A stretch of DNA of 56,362 nt, filler included, from Sphacelaria rigidula (lineage: Eukaryota), in the NCBI GenBank assembly GCA_964200075.2. It is 6 parts of 6 records of this genome, joined end to end, with 100 filler letters (N's around TTAATTAATTAA, not from the genome) between each part and the next. Parts side by side here need not be neighbours in the genome. Positions count along the whole stretch, not along the records: positions 9,412 to 18,722 come from CAXNAA020008778.1; positions 18,823 to 28,132 come from CAXNAA020008779.1; 4 more parts are not named here. The stretch is one strand, 5' to 3'. The position numbers were made by a program, and so were the translations under genes. Under the pieces are notes generated by a model, which did no database searches, had not been told where the DNA came from, and worked only from the letters and a program-made list of their open reading frames with translations. This document shows, in pieces, positions 13,356-26,197 of this stretch (positions within the stretch are counted from its first letter, which is position 1; every line of letters starts with the position of its first letter).

Positions 13356-13641
13356 CCAGTGTATGAGATCTGTAACCAGGGCGGCTGCTAGAGACTTCGA
13401 TCTCTTTGCCCAATTGATACATGAACTGGGGGGCGAGAGGATAAGTTTTCAACACTTCCTACTGCCTCTCGAATCTCATCCACTAATTAATACGGTGCGG
13501 TATGTAGGACCTAAACGGCAAATGCTGCTCGCAAATAAGTTCCTTTTTTGCCCAATTTCAGATATTGGCGGGCAAAATGGGGCTTCATCTCGAACAGCTT
13601 TTGGTGTACAAATTCCATTTGCGAGAGTTTATGGGATTTTT

Positions 13642-13726
13642 ACAGCCTCTGCTGTTCGAAATAAAAATCCTTTTTGCCCGATTCTGAATTTGGAATTACG
13701 ATTTATTTCGAACAGCAGAGGCTGTA
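13642..13726. repeat. Perfect 24-bp inverted repeat (foldback core)
   Basis: acagcctctgctgttcgaaataaa ... tttatttcgaacagcagaggctgt. Confidence 0.85.
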
Positions 13727-14173
13727 CGAATTCCAGATTCCCATTGCACCTATTCCGTTAAAAACTTAAGGTTTCAATCTTGACACGGACCGTCGACGCC
13801 CCAAAATTCACAATCCTTTACAAAAGGATTGTGAATACCCAAGATCCTCTAGCGGGGATTTCAAAACTGACGGAACCGAGGATGACGTTAGGAAAATCCT
13901 CTTTAAGGTGGCCGAAATGGCCGCGTGCGGAGCGTTGTCGACGAAGGTGGAAGATGATTGTAAAGATGTATCAGTCATATGAACCCGAGGAGTTTATTCG
14001 TCAGCGTTGCTGATCTCGAACTGCATATTTTGTTGCTTCTACGCTGTAAAATGAAATGGCACCAATTCTAATTGGATCTGTACAAATCAATACCGTTCCC
14101 AATTTGGAACAAAGGGCCCCATTAGGGTTGTACATCAGCTTTTGAATCAAGGTTGATTTTGATTTAAAAGTTG

Positions 14174-14436
14174 CAAGGGTCGGACAAATAATGATTCGTC
14201 TGGAATTTACTTGGTTTCAGTATGATGAGTCGACTCGTGACGAATCAATCCCTAGGCTTTACTTGAGCGTTGCAACCCGGGTACACGCAGCCCAGACACG
14301 TGGAATGGCGCAAGGCGCAAAAGTTGCGTGGATACCCCTTAGACCAGCGATCAACTTTTTTCTCCTTTTTGGGCAATCAAGCCGAAGAAATCGTGAATTT
14401 GGTGATTTCGAGTCGTGATGATTTGTGCTAACCGTA
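14174..14436 (+). mobile_element. hAT-type MITE nested in the hAT element
   Basis: Perfect 8-bp TSD AAAAGTTG (14166-14173, 14437-14444). Homologous to 28594-28855. Confidence 0.92.
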
Positions 14437-15144
14437 AAAAGTTGGTTTGATTTAAATCAAAAATCATATCAAGGCGTCGTTGATTAGTTGATTTAAATCA
14501 ACTAATCAACTCAAATCAATCAAGTAAAAATAACTGGATTCAATTATGATTTGTTGAGTTTTTCCAGGAAGAAAAGAGGTGTTTGCGTCGTGTAACTTTT
14601 TTTTTTGCCTGCGGCGCAACCATTGATCGACGGATATGTCCTCTCCTTACTCATCGACTCTACTCCCGAAAAGACGCTAGCAACGACGAACACATAGCAG
14701 CACACAGCACACAGCACACGGCACACCACACGCCACGTAACACCGCACTCTAGCAGCATACTGAGGGCCACACGGAACTTGACACAATAAGGGGCGCGGG
14801 CAAGACAACGCACGTGCTGTAGGCAACAAGGACACCCCGGAGGGCCCTCTCGAGCGCCAGGGCAACAACGGAGGTGAAGGTCATACAGCCGACGCTGCCG
14901 TGTGGCTGGAATGCTCCGACGACGACAACAACGACGACGACCCCGACAAGGAGAAGAACGGCAGCTACAGCGATGATGATGACGGCGAGCATCCAGTGAG
15001 CGAGGAAAATTCTCAAAGGAGACGTGAACATGAACCGCAGGCAGGCAAGTCCCAGGACATCGCTAGTGAAGATTTCCCTTATACGAGGTGGAAGTCACCT
15101 GTTCAAAACGTTGCCTCAACCTGGAAATTTTTTTTTGTGCTCCT

Positions 15145-15330
15145 AGGTGGTGCGCAAAGGCACAGCGGGTATATCCCCACGTCGCGATCCTAGCCCGCAA
15201 GTACCTCGCAGTACAGGCTTCATCTGCTGCGTGCTAACGCGTTTTCTCCGTAGGCGGTCTTGTGGTCAAGAAGACCCGAAACCGCCTTCAGTGGTGATCG
15301 GGTAGCAGATATCGTGTACATATACGAAGG
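15145..15330 (+). pseudogene. hAT transposase C-terminal dimerisation domain remnant
   Basis: WCAKAQRVYPHVAILARKYLAVQASSAAC*RVFSVGGLVVKKTRNRL. The conserved E of ERVFS is a stop and a frameshift follows. Confidence 0.92.
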
Positions 15331-16691
15331 CATGAAACATGACCTCTGGTAGATATGACTTCTATCCCGCCTCGTAGAAATTACTGCTGGGTCTGTCTGA
15401 AGAATGGACTACTGCTGATTACATATTTACCTGTGGTATACTGTAGTGGGGGAGGGTGTCCTCGAGTAGTATTGCTTTCAGGAAGCGGGGAGGGAAAGGA
15501 AAAATCCGCGAGCATGTCGTATGGTTGAAGGCCGTTGCATCACAACATAGTACACCATGCATAGCATGACGTTTTGTAGTGATACTCGCATCGCATCAAT
15601 CATTCTTCTCGTCAGCCACATCCACAACGCGACCTCATATATACGGAGTTATGTATAATATGAGCCGCTAATATTCAACAAGAAGCTTCGCTACACGCGA
15701 GTGCAAACTGGGTACTACTTTCGGGGTTTTTCGTCAGCCAGGCTTGAGGCGAACGTTTCATATTTGAGAGTGCTCCGAAGCAAAATACTTCGAAGTGTAC
15801 CGGTAGTGCAGGAAGACGGGGTGCTTGAGTCCCGGTGCAACAGGTTGAGCTAGAATATTGAACGCAAGACTGCTGTGCTGCTGCTGTGGGCTTGCGTATG
15901 CGTGCTCGTGTGCTCCACATTGTTACGCAAAAAAGTTCAGCCGATTTTTGGCCTGTATGCTGCTTCAAGTTTACATAAAAAATCAACCAATGAAGTTATT
16001 TGATTCAATTGACTGTGTTGTTGATTAGTTGATCAAATCAACTTATCATGATGGAATCAAGCCAATTTGGCAGGAAAAAACAAGTATCAAATCAACTTAT
16101 AAAAATTGATGATAAACAACCCTAGGCCCCATACGATTTCGATTGTCGCCCGGCGGGCGGGTGTCTGTTCCAAATGGACACCCTATTCACACCCGACCAA
16201 AATTGAAAGGCTCTCCAATATCGGGTGAAGAAATCGACCATGATGACATGTTTTACTTTCTTGCAGCACAAACATACTCTCGCCCTCCCTCATGTGCTGG
16301 TCATTCTACCGTGGTGTTGCGCCTGTACAAAACATTGTGGCCGGCACCTGTTGGAAGTATTGGCTCGTGTGGCGTTGTCACTAGACAGAACAGCAGAGGT
16401 TTGCACAGTAGCTGTTAAGCTACCTCGCAATGTGCAGCGAAAAAGATAACTCGGATGGTTTTCTGTGGCGCTTTTCGTCCAAAACAAATTCAAACGTCCT
16501 ATTTTGCACGCAGAGAGCTGGAAGACCTGAGTAAGCTTGGAAGAGTGAAAGCGGTGGCGATCGAGATCAAGCCTTAGGCTATAGTTCCGTATGCGCGTAT
16601 AGAGTTCAGGTTAATTTTGGGGGTTTGAGCTTAAATAGGTATTTTCGTCGCAAAGCTTAATATTAGCTCAATATATTTGAAACGACCTCGA

Positions 16692-16933
16692 CCCTTTTGG
16701 AACCCCTGATGGAAAAGTGACGATTTAATAACTCCCGTATGGGAGCTGACGTCACCGGCGAAACGTCACTTCGAGTTCGGTGCACGATTTTGTCCACACT
16801 GGTATACTTGAACTCGGAGTGGTGCAGCGTTTTGGTGGGCTGCATCATCAACAGCTGCAGAAAAATGAACATATCTTTCCCGAGAAAACGTCAATTGTAA
16901 ATCGTCACTTTTCCATGAACGGTTCCAGAAGGT
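16692..16933. mobile_element. piggyBac-like MITE
   Basis: CCCTTTTGGAACC ... GGTTCCAGAAGGT followed by TTAA (left flank eroded, TCGA). Homologous copy at 45089-45319. Confidence 0.75.
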
Positions 16934-17170
16934 TTAACCTGCTTGAAACGCGCATATAGCCTGCAAGTGCTTCATGTGGCGTGACTCGTCACCAGAAAGA
17001 CCAAAAGGCTTCAATCCAAGCCTCTATACTCCAAACTTCCATGATCGTGTTTCGTGTTCCCATTTTGTTGCGGGCCTGATCAGCAATATCTTCCATCTAA
17101 TCATCTTCATACATGGTACTATTGATGTTGTTTTCCAAAATGTGACTGATACTACTGTAATTTGTAGTAC

Positions 17171-18651
17171 ACACACGCGGCCATTCGGCTACCCCCTTCA
17201 AATACTCTATCGCGATTTTCATCCTCTCGACGGTAAAGTGACCCTCCCGAGGATGAAAATACCCTTTAGAGGGTATTTCATACTCGGTTCCGGTCATAAA
17301 CCTAATCCTCTGGGACACTTACTACGATAGCCCCCTCCAAAAACCAGCTAAAACTGTCACGAAAAAAATGGCCATACAGAGCCTGCTGATGTTCGGGTTC
17401 AGGCCGCGCATGAAGCGCCTCATATTGGCGACATTGGCTAGAACGAACCCAAGCGTGGGAATTCCCAGCTTTTCGTTGTGCTCGGCATTTCTCATTTCGA
17501 TTCACGTGAAGATTTCGCCTCCCAAACCCATGCACTTTTTTGAGGGGGCTGTCGTAGAAAGTGTCCTGGATGGCATCTGATGCTCCAGTGACTTCTGAGG
17601 TTTGAAGCCCTCCACAGTACCAAAAATATCGTGCTCTGGGGCACGTGGTTTTCGTGAACGTTCCGTAAAGGGAAATATGAACAGCAGAGGAAAATATGAG
17701 CATCATTCCTGTGGAGGAGGGACCGACTATGACCTCTGAGGCATTTGTTGCGACTCCGGAGGACGTGGCCGTGCAGTATCCTCCAGCGTGTACATATACA
17801 CTGATGCATTTGTGTCTTGACTGCTTCCAGGGGACCTTTGCGATTGTCTCGCCAGAAAAATATATGCATCACCCGCCGTTCACAGATTGAATTGCAAACC
17901 TGACAACAATTCTTCCTAGCTATGATACCACCACAATACCCCTGCAACAAGGAGCACGAGATGGGCACAGGGATATAGATACACACTGCAGTAGTTGGGT
18001 TTGATGTATGTCTTGTTGGCAGAAGTTTCAACTTGAGCAGCGGGGTATGGTGCGGGCAATAACGGGCGATGTACTGCATACACACCCACGGACAGTGCAG
18101 GCAGACAAAGCTGCGCGCACTGTTCGAGTCCTTTTCACGTCGCACTGTAAGCAGAAAACGTACCTACAGTCCTGCGCTGTCTGTACTGTACTTTGTCCGC
18201 TTCTCTTTTACACGCTACTGACTGCAGCGCTGAGCATGCTGCAAAAACGGGCATCGTGATGTTCACTGAGTAGCTGACGGTGTATAACACCCCCATGTAC
18301 CCAAAGTTACAGGCATCCACTTTGTTTAGCCATACGTGGCGCACATGCCGCGCTAATCCTGCCGTATATTGCACCGCACGTATATAAGCACGATATGGTA
18401 CTGTCCTGCACGGTATCGTACAGTTCAGTACAGCATCAAACCATGTTAATTGTTGTGATGGTCATATCGTCATCAACGTACAGAAAAAAACGCGATCATA
18501 ATTTTTCGTGTGAAAAAATCCTTCACTTTTGTGTTCGAATGGTGCTACGGGGTTTACAAGACCTATGTTTGAATTTATAAAAGGTTCATACAAACATTGA
18601 ACCATAACCACAAGCGAAATTTACACAGCATGGCTGTGGGTACATACCCTC
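17171..18651. repeat. Copy 2 of the ~1.2-kb repeat, carrying a MITE insertion
   Basis: Colinear with 12146-13355 apart from the insertion at 17314-17565 and smaller indels. Confidence 0.88.
17314..17565 (+). mobile_element. MITE with GACACT...AGTGTC termini and probable 4-bp TSD
   Basis: TIR gacacttactacgatagccccctc / gagggggctgtcgtagaaagtgtc, CTGG duplicated. Empty site visible in the paralogous copy at ~12281-12300. Confidence 0.92.
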
Positions 18652-18829
18652 CACAGGCACCGTAGGTAAGGTACCGTACCGAGCGTACACCCGGTATTTA
18701 CCGGGGGTATCCCATACCGTGGNNNNNNNNNNNNNNNNNNNNNNNNNNNNNNNNNNNNNNNNNNNNTTAATTAATTAANNNNNNNNNNNNNNNNNNNNNN
18801 NNNNNNNNNNNNNNNNNNNNNNAAAACTC

Positions 18830-19030
18830 GCAAAACGCGATAGAAGCAAACAGGAATAAATAAGAAAGAAGAATGGGAGTACATACTGCTAACCTCAGAA
18901 GATCCGGTGCCGGAAAGGTGGGATACAAAAAAAAACACTCCTGTATAGACCTTCCTCCTGTGTGACCCCGGCTGGTGCGCCAACATATACCGAAAGGTCT
19001 AGACTGGCGTCCAGAATAGAAAGGACGAGA
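18830..19030 (+). mobile_element. SINE family 1, 3' fragment
   Basis: ccttcctcctgtgtgaccccggctggtgcgcc...agactggcgtccagaataga matches the SINE body. Confidence 0.75.
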
Positions 19031-22000
19031 ATACATGGGCTTGTCAATCGCGGTCCACATTCTGCCACTATATGACTTCTGCTCTCTATTGCTTTGCCAC
19101 AGAGGGGAGGGTGGGGGGGGGGTGGCATCACTAGAAAATGGCAAGGGTGAACGACTGTCAAATTACATGCGCCCGAACAGCGCGACAGCGCGCGTTCGAC
19201 CGTGAGTCCCGCTCTAAACGTCTCTACAGCCGATACCGGAATGACTTTTATACATCGTCATTATCTAGAAGGTATGCCCGCACTCATCTATTTTTGTTAG
19301 CCAGCACTGCACCCTCCCAGGTGCTCCTGATGTGGAAGTGAGTGCACCACCCTGTCCACATGGGCATTCCCTTACAGTGCACAAAATCTGGGCTGCGAGC
19401 CAGCCGTTTCGTGGGCGTATCGACGATATATCGGCCTGTTCAATTGGCTCAGTGTCCGAGAGGAGCTGTTGTCCGGTGCAGGTACTGCTTGTGTTGTGTC
19501 CGACTAGTGGAACAAGTTTCAGGGCGGTGACTTTACCCACGGTCGGGAAACTAACGCAAAGTTTCCGTTCAAAAGTGCGACGATTTTTGTATGCAGGCCG
19601 TGACGGACATTCACTAACAGAGGACTGTTGGCCATTTTTTTCGAGGCGACCTTACGAACTGTACGTAAACGACAGTTAGTACAATGGAGATGCGGCAAAT
19701 TCTAACGCTAACCCTAACCCCGACCAAGGCATACTGAGAACCCTCGGGGTAAAAGGTGTGCAATAAATCCCCTGGGCAAAGTGTGCGTTGCCAGAGCTCA
19801 AATCGACGCCTTTCAGCTGATTTTGGACCAAAACACGTTCTGGACGAGCTGGGTCTACTGCTCACCACTGCTCATCTGCCCCATGATTTTTTTTCAGAAC
19901 TTTCTTGAGTCTGAAATCGAGGAAAATCGAGTCCCAACCATTATACACGTGCAGTTCGTGAGGTCTACTGTACTGTTTTTCCCACCATACAGGTCATCTC
20001 GAATCCAAAACAGGTTTGTGCCCATGAAACGGAGATGAGCAAACTTGGCTCGTGAAAATGTGCGCACAGATTCGTGTTTGTGCAGGATTGCGGCCCAAGG
20101 CTCTGTCTTGACAAGATGTTCTCGACTCGAAAACGTACGGTGGGATCAAATTTGCTCTTAACTGATTGCATTGCACTCATGTTCTCAACCGTCAAAGGGA
20201 GGTATAGCGTGGACCTATCAGAAACAAGCGAATTCGATTCGACCGCACATTTTCGAGACGAAAACGATTCGATAAGACCACGGCCTAACTCAAGTTGGTC
20301 TGTGACCTCGAATCATCCGCAGAAGCACGGGCGGGTCTCGCGAGCGTCATGGTGATGACAGTAAAGAATAACCCGAACAGTGATGAAAAAAACCCATGGA
20401 AAAAGGGCTGCGACACTGTTGTGCTGTACAGTAACCATACTGTTCGTGATGGACTGTTATATACAACTTGTGTAAGGGAATACGTTGATGCGTTCGTCTG
20501 CAGTGACAACTGAAAATAACGTGCGGAGCGCACTACATTACTGAGGTAGAGAGTAGTGTGTGTGTTCAGAGAAGAGTCGGAGAAAAAAAGTGTAGAGTTA
20601 AGCGGGACGGGAAAATCGTAGGGCGCCAGTCTGATATCCCGGGCCGGATGGTCCGTCTGCTAGATCCGTCCAGACCAAAAATTGGAAAATAAAATGAAAC
20701 TGTACAGAACTGTTGGAGGTCTCGGGGAGGGATGCCAGGTCGGGGTGACGGGACATCATCGAACCCTCGGACATCGGGGAGTTCGGAATTTTCAGATCAT
20801 GAGGAGCAACCGTATGAATGAATACATAGGAGGTACAGTGAGCCTACCGTTGCTTGTTTGACCGCGTAGCAATCAAAATTCGAGATTTGATTCACGTACA
20901 GTATACCGTTGCTCCGGAGTGGACGATACCCAACTTGTCGTTCTCAATAGAGATGAGTGTTCGAGTTCATCGTCGAGGTAGGTGATTTTTTCCCCCCTGC
21001 TTCTCTCAAAGCTATATAATTGTTGTACGTGGCCGAATAATGCCTAGAATAAAAAACCCATCCTAACTCATTTCCCTTCACGGGTCGTTGCTGCTTCTTA
21101 TTTTTCAACATCCACCCCACTACCCCAGCCTAATAATCGTGTTTCTGGGCCATATACGGTCGATGACACCCCCTCGATATTGTAGCACATGCCACATTGA
21201 AAACATGGAGGATGAGATCCTAGCAAGATGAAAAACGACATACAATCCCCAAGGATGGCTTTTTCTGGGGCACCGGAGAATACCAGGTGCAGCTAAGATT
21301 GTAAAAAATGTTTTCATCATGGTGCGATGTCGTCGACCACCGGTCGGTGAGTCAAGCCCTGCCTGCCAAATTATGTTGTACTGACTGTATTCCCCAATTC
21401 TAAAGGGAGATATTATTTTACACGCTCATCACTTTCGAGACTGAATAAAGCGCGAAGAAACACTTTGAATGGAGCCCGAGAATTTGACTCTATTTTCATG
21501 TCAGTAAATCCCAGAAATGCGACATGGGACGGGCCATCGGGGGAAAATATGTTTCATGACCGGCAACCGCACAATAAATGATAGATGCGACCTGCAGTCT
21601 TACAGATTGATGTGAGCGGTCCTGTAAAAACCCCGAACTTATACAATGAGGAAGTGAAGCCGTCGATACGTGTGCTCGTTCCGCAGGGACAAATCGTCTT
21701 CATTTTCCTTCTTTAGCGTGCGGTGTCAGGCATAATCGGTTGGCTGGACCAGCAGTGTCTTGTGAAGATTCGTCCCGATCCACAAACCTCAGGTTCCCGG
21801 TGCTCTGATCATGCCCTTTGCGTTCGGTCCGTGTTGAGTCTCTTCCTTCCTCGTATGTACAGGATCCCTTCAAACATCTCCACGTGGAGAGCTGTCTCTA
21901 ACGGCGATGTTTTCAAGTGAGCATGATCTCGACCCGACACATGAACGTACATGGCCGCTCGCTGGAAGGGTTACTTGTCGCCTCACGTATTCTCTTCCCA

Positions 22001-23020
22001 GTGCAGTGATTTTCTGTGTTCAGGCGAGTGTTCAGGTCTGCTCCATCACCTGTGGGCCGGAAACGCCAGCATTCACCACTACAGTACTGACTGTACTAAC
22101 TGCACTTGTACGGTCGGCGTCACAACTACGATCACTTTCGGTTCATGACGGCGAAGAAATATTTGCGATTTGATTCATAGTATAGAAGTGGGGCCAGTAC
22201 AGCATAGCGTTTCCTGGTGGGGAGAACCATGTGCACAGAGAAAGATTAAAGCGCAACCGGTGAAGTCTTGTAGATTCGCTACCGACAGACTCACCGGAGT
22301 GCTGGCATCAAAGCGAACAGTAAATTTACAACAGTAGGTGACAGACCTGTCATGCATGGCTCGTGGCTATATCACCGCCATCTATCATCAACGTCACAAC
22401 AGAAAAAAGTTAAGGCCCCACAGTTTCGCCATTACTTGTAAATTAAAAACGGAAGACGTTAGTAGTGGTCAGTGGAGCAGGGGAATCAGTGTATTGTATC
22501 CGACGGCGTGCACAAAGCCTCCAAAAAAAAACGAACGAGAATCGCGCATCATTGGAATGGATTCGCCACCCTGCGGGTCCGGTTTGTCAATGCAGATTGT
22601 CGGCAGCCCCGATGCCAAAAAAATTGGTTCGCAGCAAGCACCCTTGACGCTCTGTAGGATGCGGTGCGCAGGAACACAAGTGGAAATGTATATATGAATA
22701 AAAGAGGACAATGTTCCCAGAAAACAAGCACGCGCACGCTACAAAAACGTTGGAAGATGCTTCAAGTTGTAGGAACTTCGTTTTTGCGGGCCAAAAAAAC
22801 GCCGACACAAGGACAACCGAGAACAGTGGTACCGAAGTTGGCAAGACCCAACACTGAACGTTCTTGTCATGAGGCACCATAACTTTGCGCTGTGAGCTGC
22901 AGGGGCATCCAGCATAAACTTTGCATGAGTATAACCATGTGGTGCCATCGTGGTGTGCTTGCGGTTGAGCTCCCAGCCCTACGTTTGGGGAGCCGGGAAT
23001 ATTCAACAAGAAAAATCACG

Positions 23021-23179
23021 GTACTGCACCAAGAGTACTGTTCGTCTCCCGTCTTTTCTCCAGAGCACGGGAAGAAAAATGCCAAATCATACATACAGAC
23101 GTACTGCACCAAGAGTACTGTTCGTTTCCCGTCTTTCTCCAGAGGAGGGGAAGAAAAATGCCAAAGCATACATACAGAC
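23021..23179 (+). repeat. Tandem duplication, 2 x ~80 bp
   Basis: gtactgcaccaagagtactgttcgt...gaagaaaaatgccaaa..atacatacagac repeated head to tail. Confidence 0.92.
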
Positions 23180-25733
23180 CACCACTAAAATCAGGTCGAG
23201 CATTAATTTTCCTTGGCTGTGTGCCGCCGGGGTGCGGACGAAGCATTATGCGGTCGCTCTCCCTGCGACACAAGCGCATACTGATAGTGGCTGACTGTTT
23301 GCAAAGTGAGGATAGTATGAGCATGGGGTGCGCCGTGGAGTGGCGAATAAAAAACACATTACATTTCTTCGAGAGGAGGGTAGACTGTTTTGGCAATTTT
23401 TGCAGCCCATATGTTGAAGGGACAGGCGAGCAGTCAAAGGGTTTCCCGCCTAATATACTGGATTTAGTTACGGAAGTCATTATTTCGTGCGCAGGAAATG
23501 GTCGGTAGCAAAGCGGTCCGGCACAAAGAGACAACGCATCGATCGCATGACACCGAGAAAATACACGCGCCCAGAAATCCTGGGGCCGCAAATGATCAAT
23601 CAGTACATGTAGCGGAAGGAAAGCTAAGGAATCCAGAGGCATCGTTTCACTGATATCCGCCTGCGACGGATGAACGCAGGTACGAGAATATGTTGAGGGG
23701 CAACACCGTGGGTGCTTGCGCATTTCAGAAATCATGACACCTTCGCAAGGGATTTTTCCAAAGTGCTTGGCACATGCAACGAAGGTCGCACACCTCATTC
23801 GAGATGTGATTATTTCGGGGTAGAGCTCGGTAGAGCCTTGATTTTTTCCGGAACAGGTTAACAACAACCAAGGTCGTGAATGTTCACTCGAGCATTTCGG
23901 GGGTTTGGCTGGGCTTCACGTCACATACATGGATACACGCGTAAACAAGTGTAATAGATTGAGAAGACAGCGTGTCCCACAGGACCACCACAACACGCAT
24001 TAACGAACAGCCCCGCATTGTGTACCGACTCGCTCTGCTATGTGATTCATCTCTACTCCAGCACCTGCTGCTGCTGCTGCTGCATGGGCGTCCAGCACTG
24101 CTCATTCTCCCTGCCGCTGCTCCACCTCGAGTTGCTATCCATATTCCCCCTCTTTCGCTCCCTCTCCGGTCCAGGTGCCTTCTCGACCCACTACAAAACT
24201 CCCACAAGGCGAGCGAAAACACCAAGTGATGATGAAAACCAAGAAGGAGCCTATCGCTCTTCAAAATCAGGACCTTGACCAAAAGTCGATCTCTTTCCCC
24301 TGCACTTCCTTGTTTCTACCACTGTCGTGTAGAGGACTCCCTGAGTTGCTTCAAGCAAACAACAAGACAGACCGGAAGCCTGTCGCTGTGTCCTTGTTGG
24401 TGTGATTTCTGTACTGTTGAGCTAGGGTCTGCGCGTTGTGTCTGTACTGTAATGTGTACTGTGCTGACTGTGAGCTCGAACTGCACTTTTGTTTTGTACT
24501 GCACCACCTGTTGTAGTCTCCTCTGGCAACAGTTACGCTGATTATTTTGGGTAATAATAAATAAGAAAAAATAATTCTTAACTAAAAAAATGGTTATTTT
24601 TCCCTGTTCTTTACACCTGCGCAAGAAAGAAAAGCCGACACCTGCGCACTCATCACAATTGACTGTACTCTGTACTATCCCGCATGGTAAACCTCTGCTC
24701 CTGTATATAATGCACATTGTATCACATTTCTATCAAGGTGCTGTATACCAATATTATGATGTATTTCGGCCAAGCGGATCCTGGAATGATTCGGCGACAA
24801 GTGTTTACCAGCTGTGCGTTGACAGCATCCAAAAACACTCATGATACGGAGAAACCACGACCTTGCGGGTGGGATCAATAGCAACACCCCGGACAAAGTT
24901 TTAGCAGCGCTGTACAGAGAAAATCAACTTGGAGGCTACATTACAAAGCTACATAAATGGGAGAGAAGGTATATACGTATCAGAGTGAGGTTTGTGGACT
25001 ACCCTGGTACTCACAAGGAGGCGAATAATGATGTAAATTATTTCTACAACCGCCACCTCTGCTACCACGAAAAATCCTTGGTGCTATGGGCAGACTTAAC
25101 CCCGTCGTCGTTGTTGCTGCCGCTTGTCTGGTGTTTTTCGGTTCTGGTGGTGTATGTATGGCAATTTAGATATGATGGGTTTTTCCGGAGATGGGCACAC
25201 AACGGGGCGGACCAACGACGTGACCAAGCCGGGAGAAACAGACAGGCTGATGCAATCGATTTTTCGATGGATTGATTTTGGCACATTTTTATCGGCAAAA
25301 CCCCAGGTGCTTCACTGGAGCCAAGTGAAACATTGGCAGTGGTGACGCACTGGCCAACTGCCCGAGAGTCACCGGACCATGACGAGACTATTATGGTGCG
25401 AAACCGGCAATATTCGCGAGAAGGAGATTCCCTTCGGCGAATTTCAACGCGCCCCTCCAGCCCAGCAAGCTGCCCACAGTGTTGAAAGTTATGGGGTGTT
25501 CGTAGTACTGTACTGTTGTAACTCACAACGCCGCCGTTTGCTCGGGGCAACACGCGGCTACACAAAAGATGTACGAGTGTATGCCTAGTGCAAGCTCCAC
25601 GGGCAATTTTACATTTACTCATCTCTTGATTTCACGTAATATCCAGTTCGATTCTCAAAGCAAAGGGTGCATGAGTTATTGAACGGCGCATGCGCCGCCA
25701 TGTACCCGGTGGTGTGTATGAAGGATGCATGCC

Positions 25734-25794
25734 TAGTAGTCTAGTAGTAGTAGTAGTGGTGGTAGTAGTAGTAGTAGTAGTGTAGTAGTACAAA

Positions 25795-25860
<66 letters not shown>
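25734..25860. repeat. Compound microsatellite (TAG)n then (TTG)n
   Basis: Seen directly. Confidence 0.95.
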
Positions 25861-26162
25861 ATACTTCGTATAATAATAGTTGAAGTGTGTGAATTTCGTG
25901 TCTGTGTGCAGAACCAACCCTTTCGTTCGTTCATGAGGACTTCAGCCCGATGCGTGTGTGTGCAGGACTGAACCCTACGGTAACGACGTGAGATTAAGAT
26001 TCTACGTATTTTCGCGTGTATAGGTCAAAAGCCCCGGTGTTGAGCACCACAGGAGGAAGGCGGAGTACTAGAACAAAAACAAAGAAATATCTCCCGTGTT
26101 GGCTGCGAGGGGACGCGGACTGATGCGCCCACATTCATAGAGTAAACAAGCTAAAGGTGCAG

Positions 26163-26164
<2 letters not shown>

Positions 26165-26197
<33 letters not shown>

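Larger units (their letters stand above)
14123..16124 (+). mobile_element. Non-autonomous hAT transposon (internal deletion derivative)
   Basis: TIRs TAGGGTTGTACATCA / TGATAAACAACCCTA, perfect 8-bp TSD GGCCCCAT (14115-14122, 16125-16132), subterminal TTGATT/AATCAA clusters and a transposase remnant. Confidence 0.95.

Noticed and set aside
25632..25934. PolyQ/polyT protein ORF
   Set aside because: Translation of the (TTG)n/(TAG)n microsatellite.
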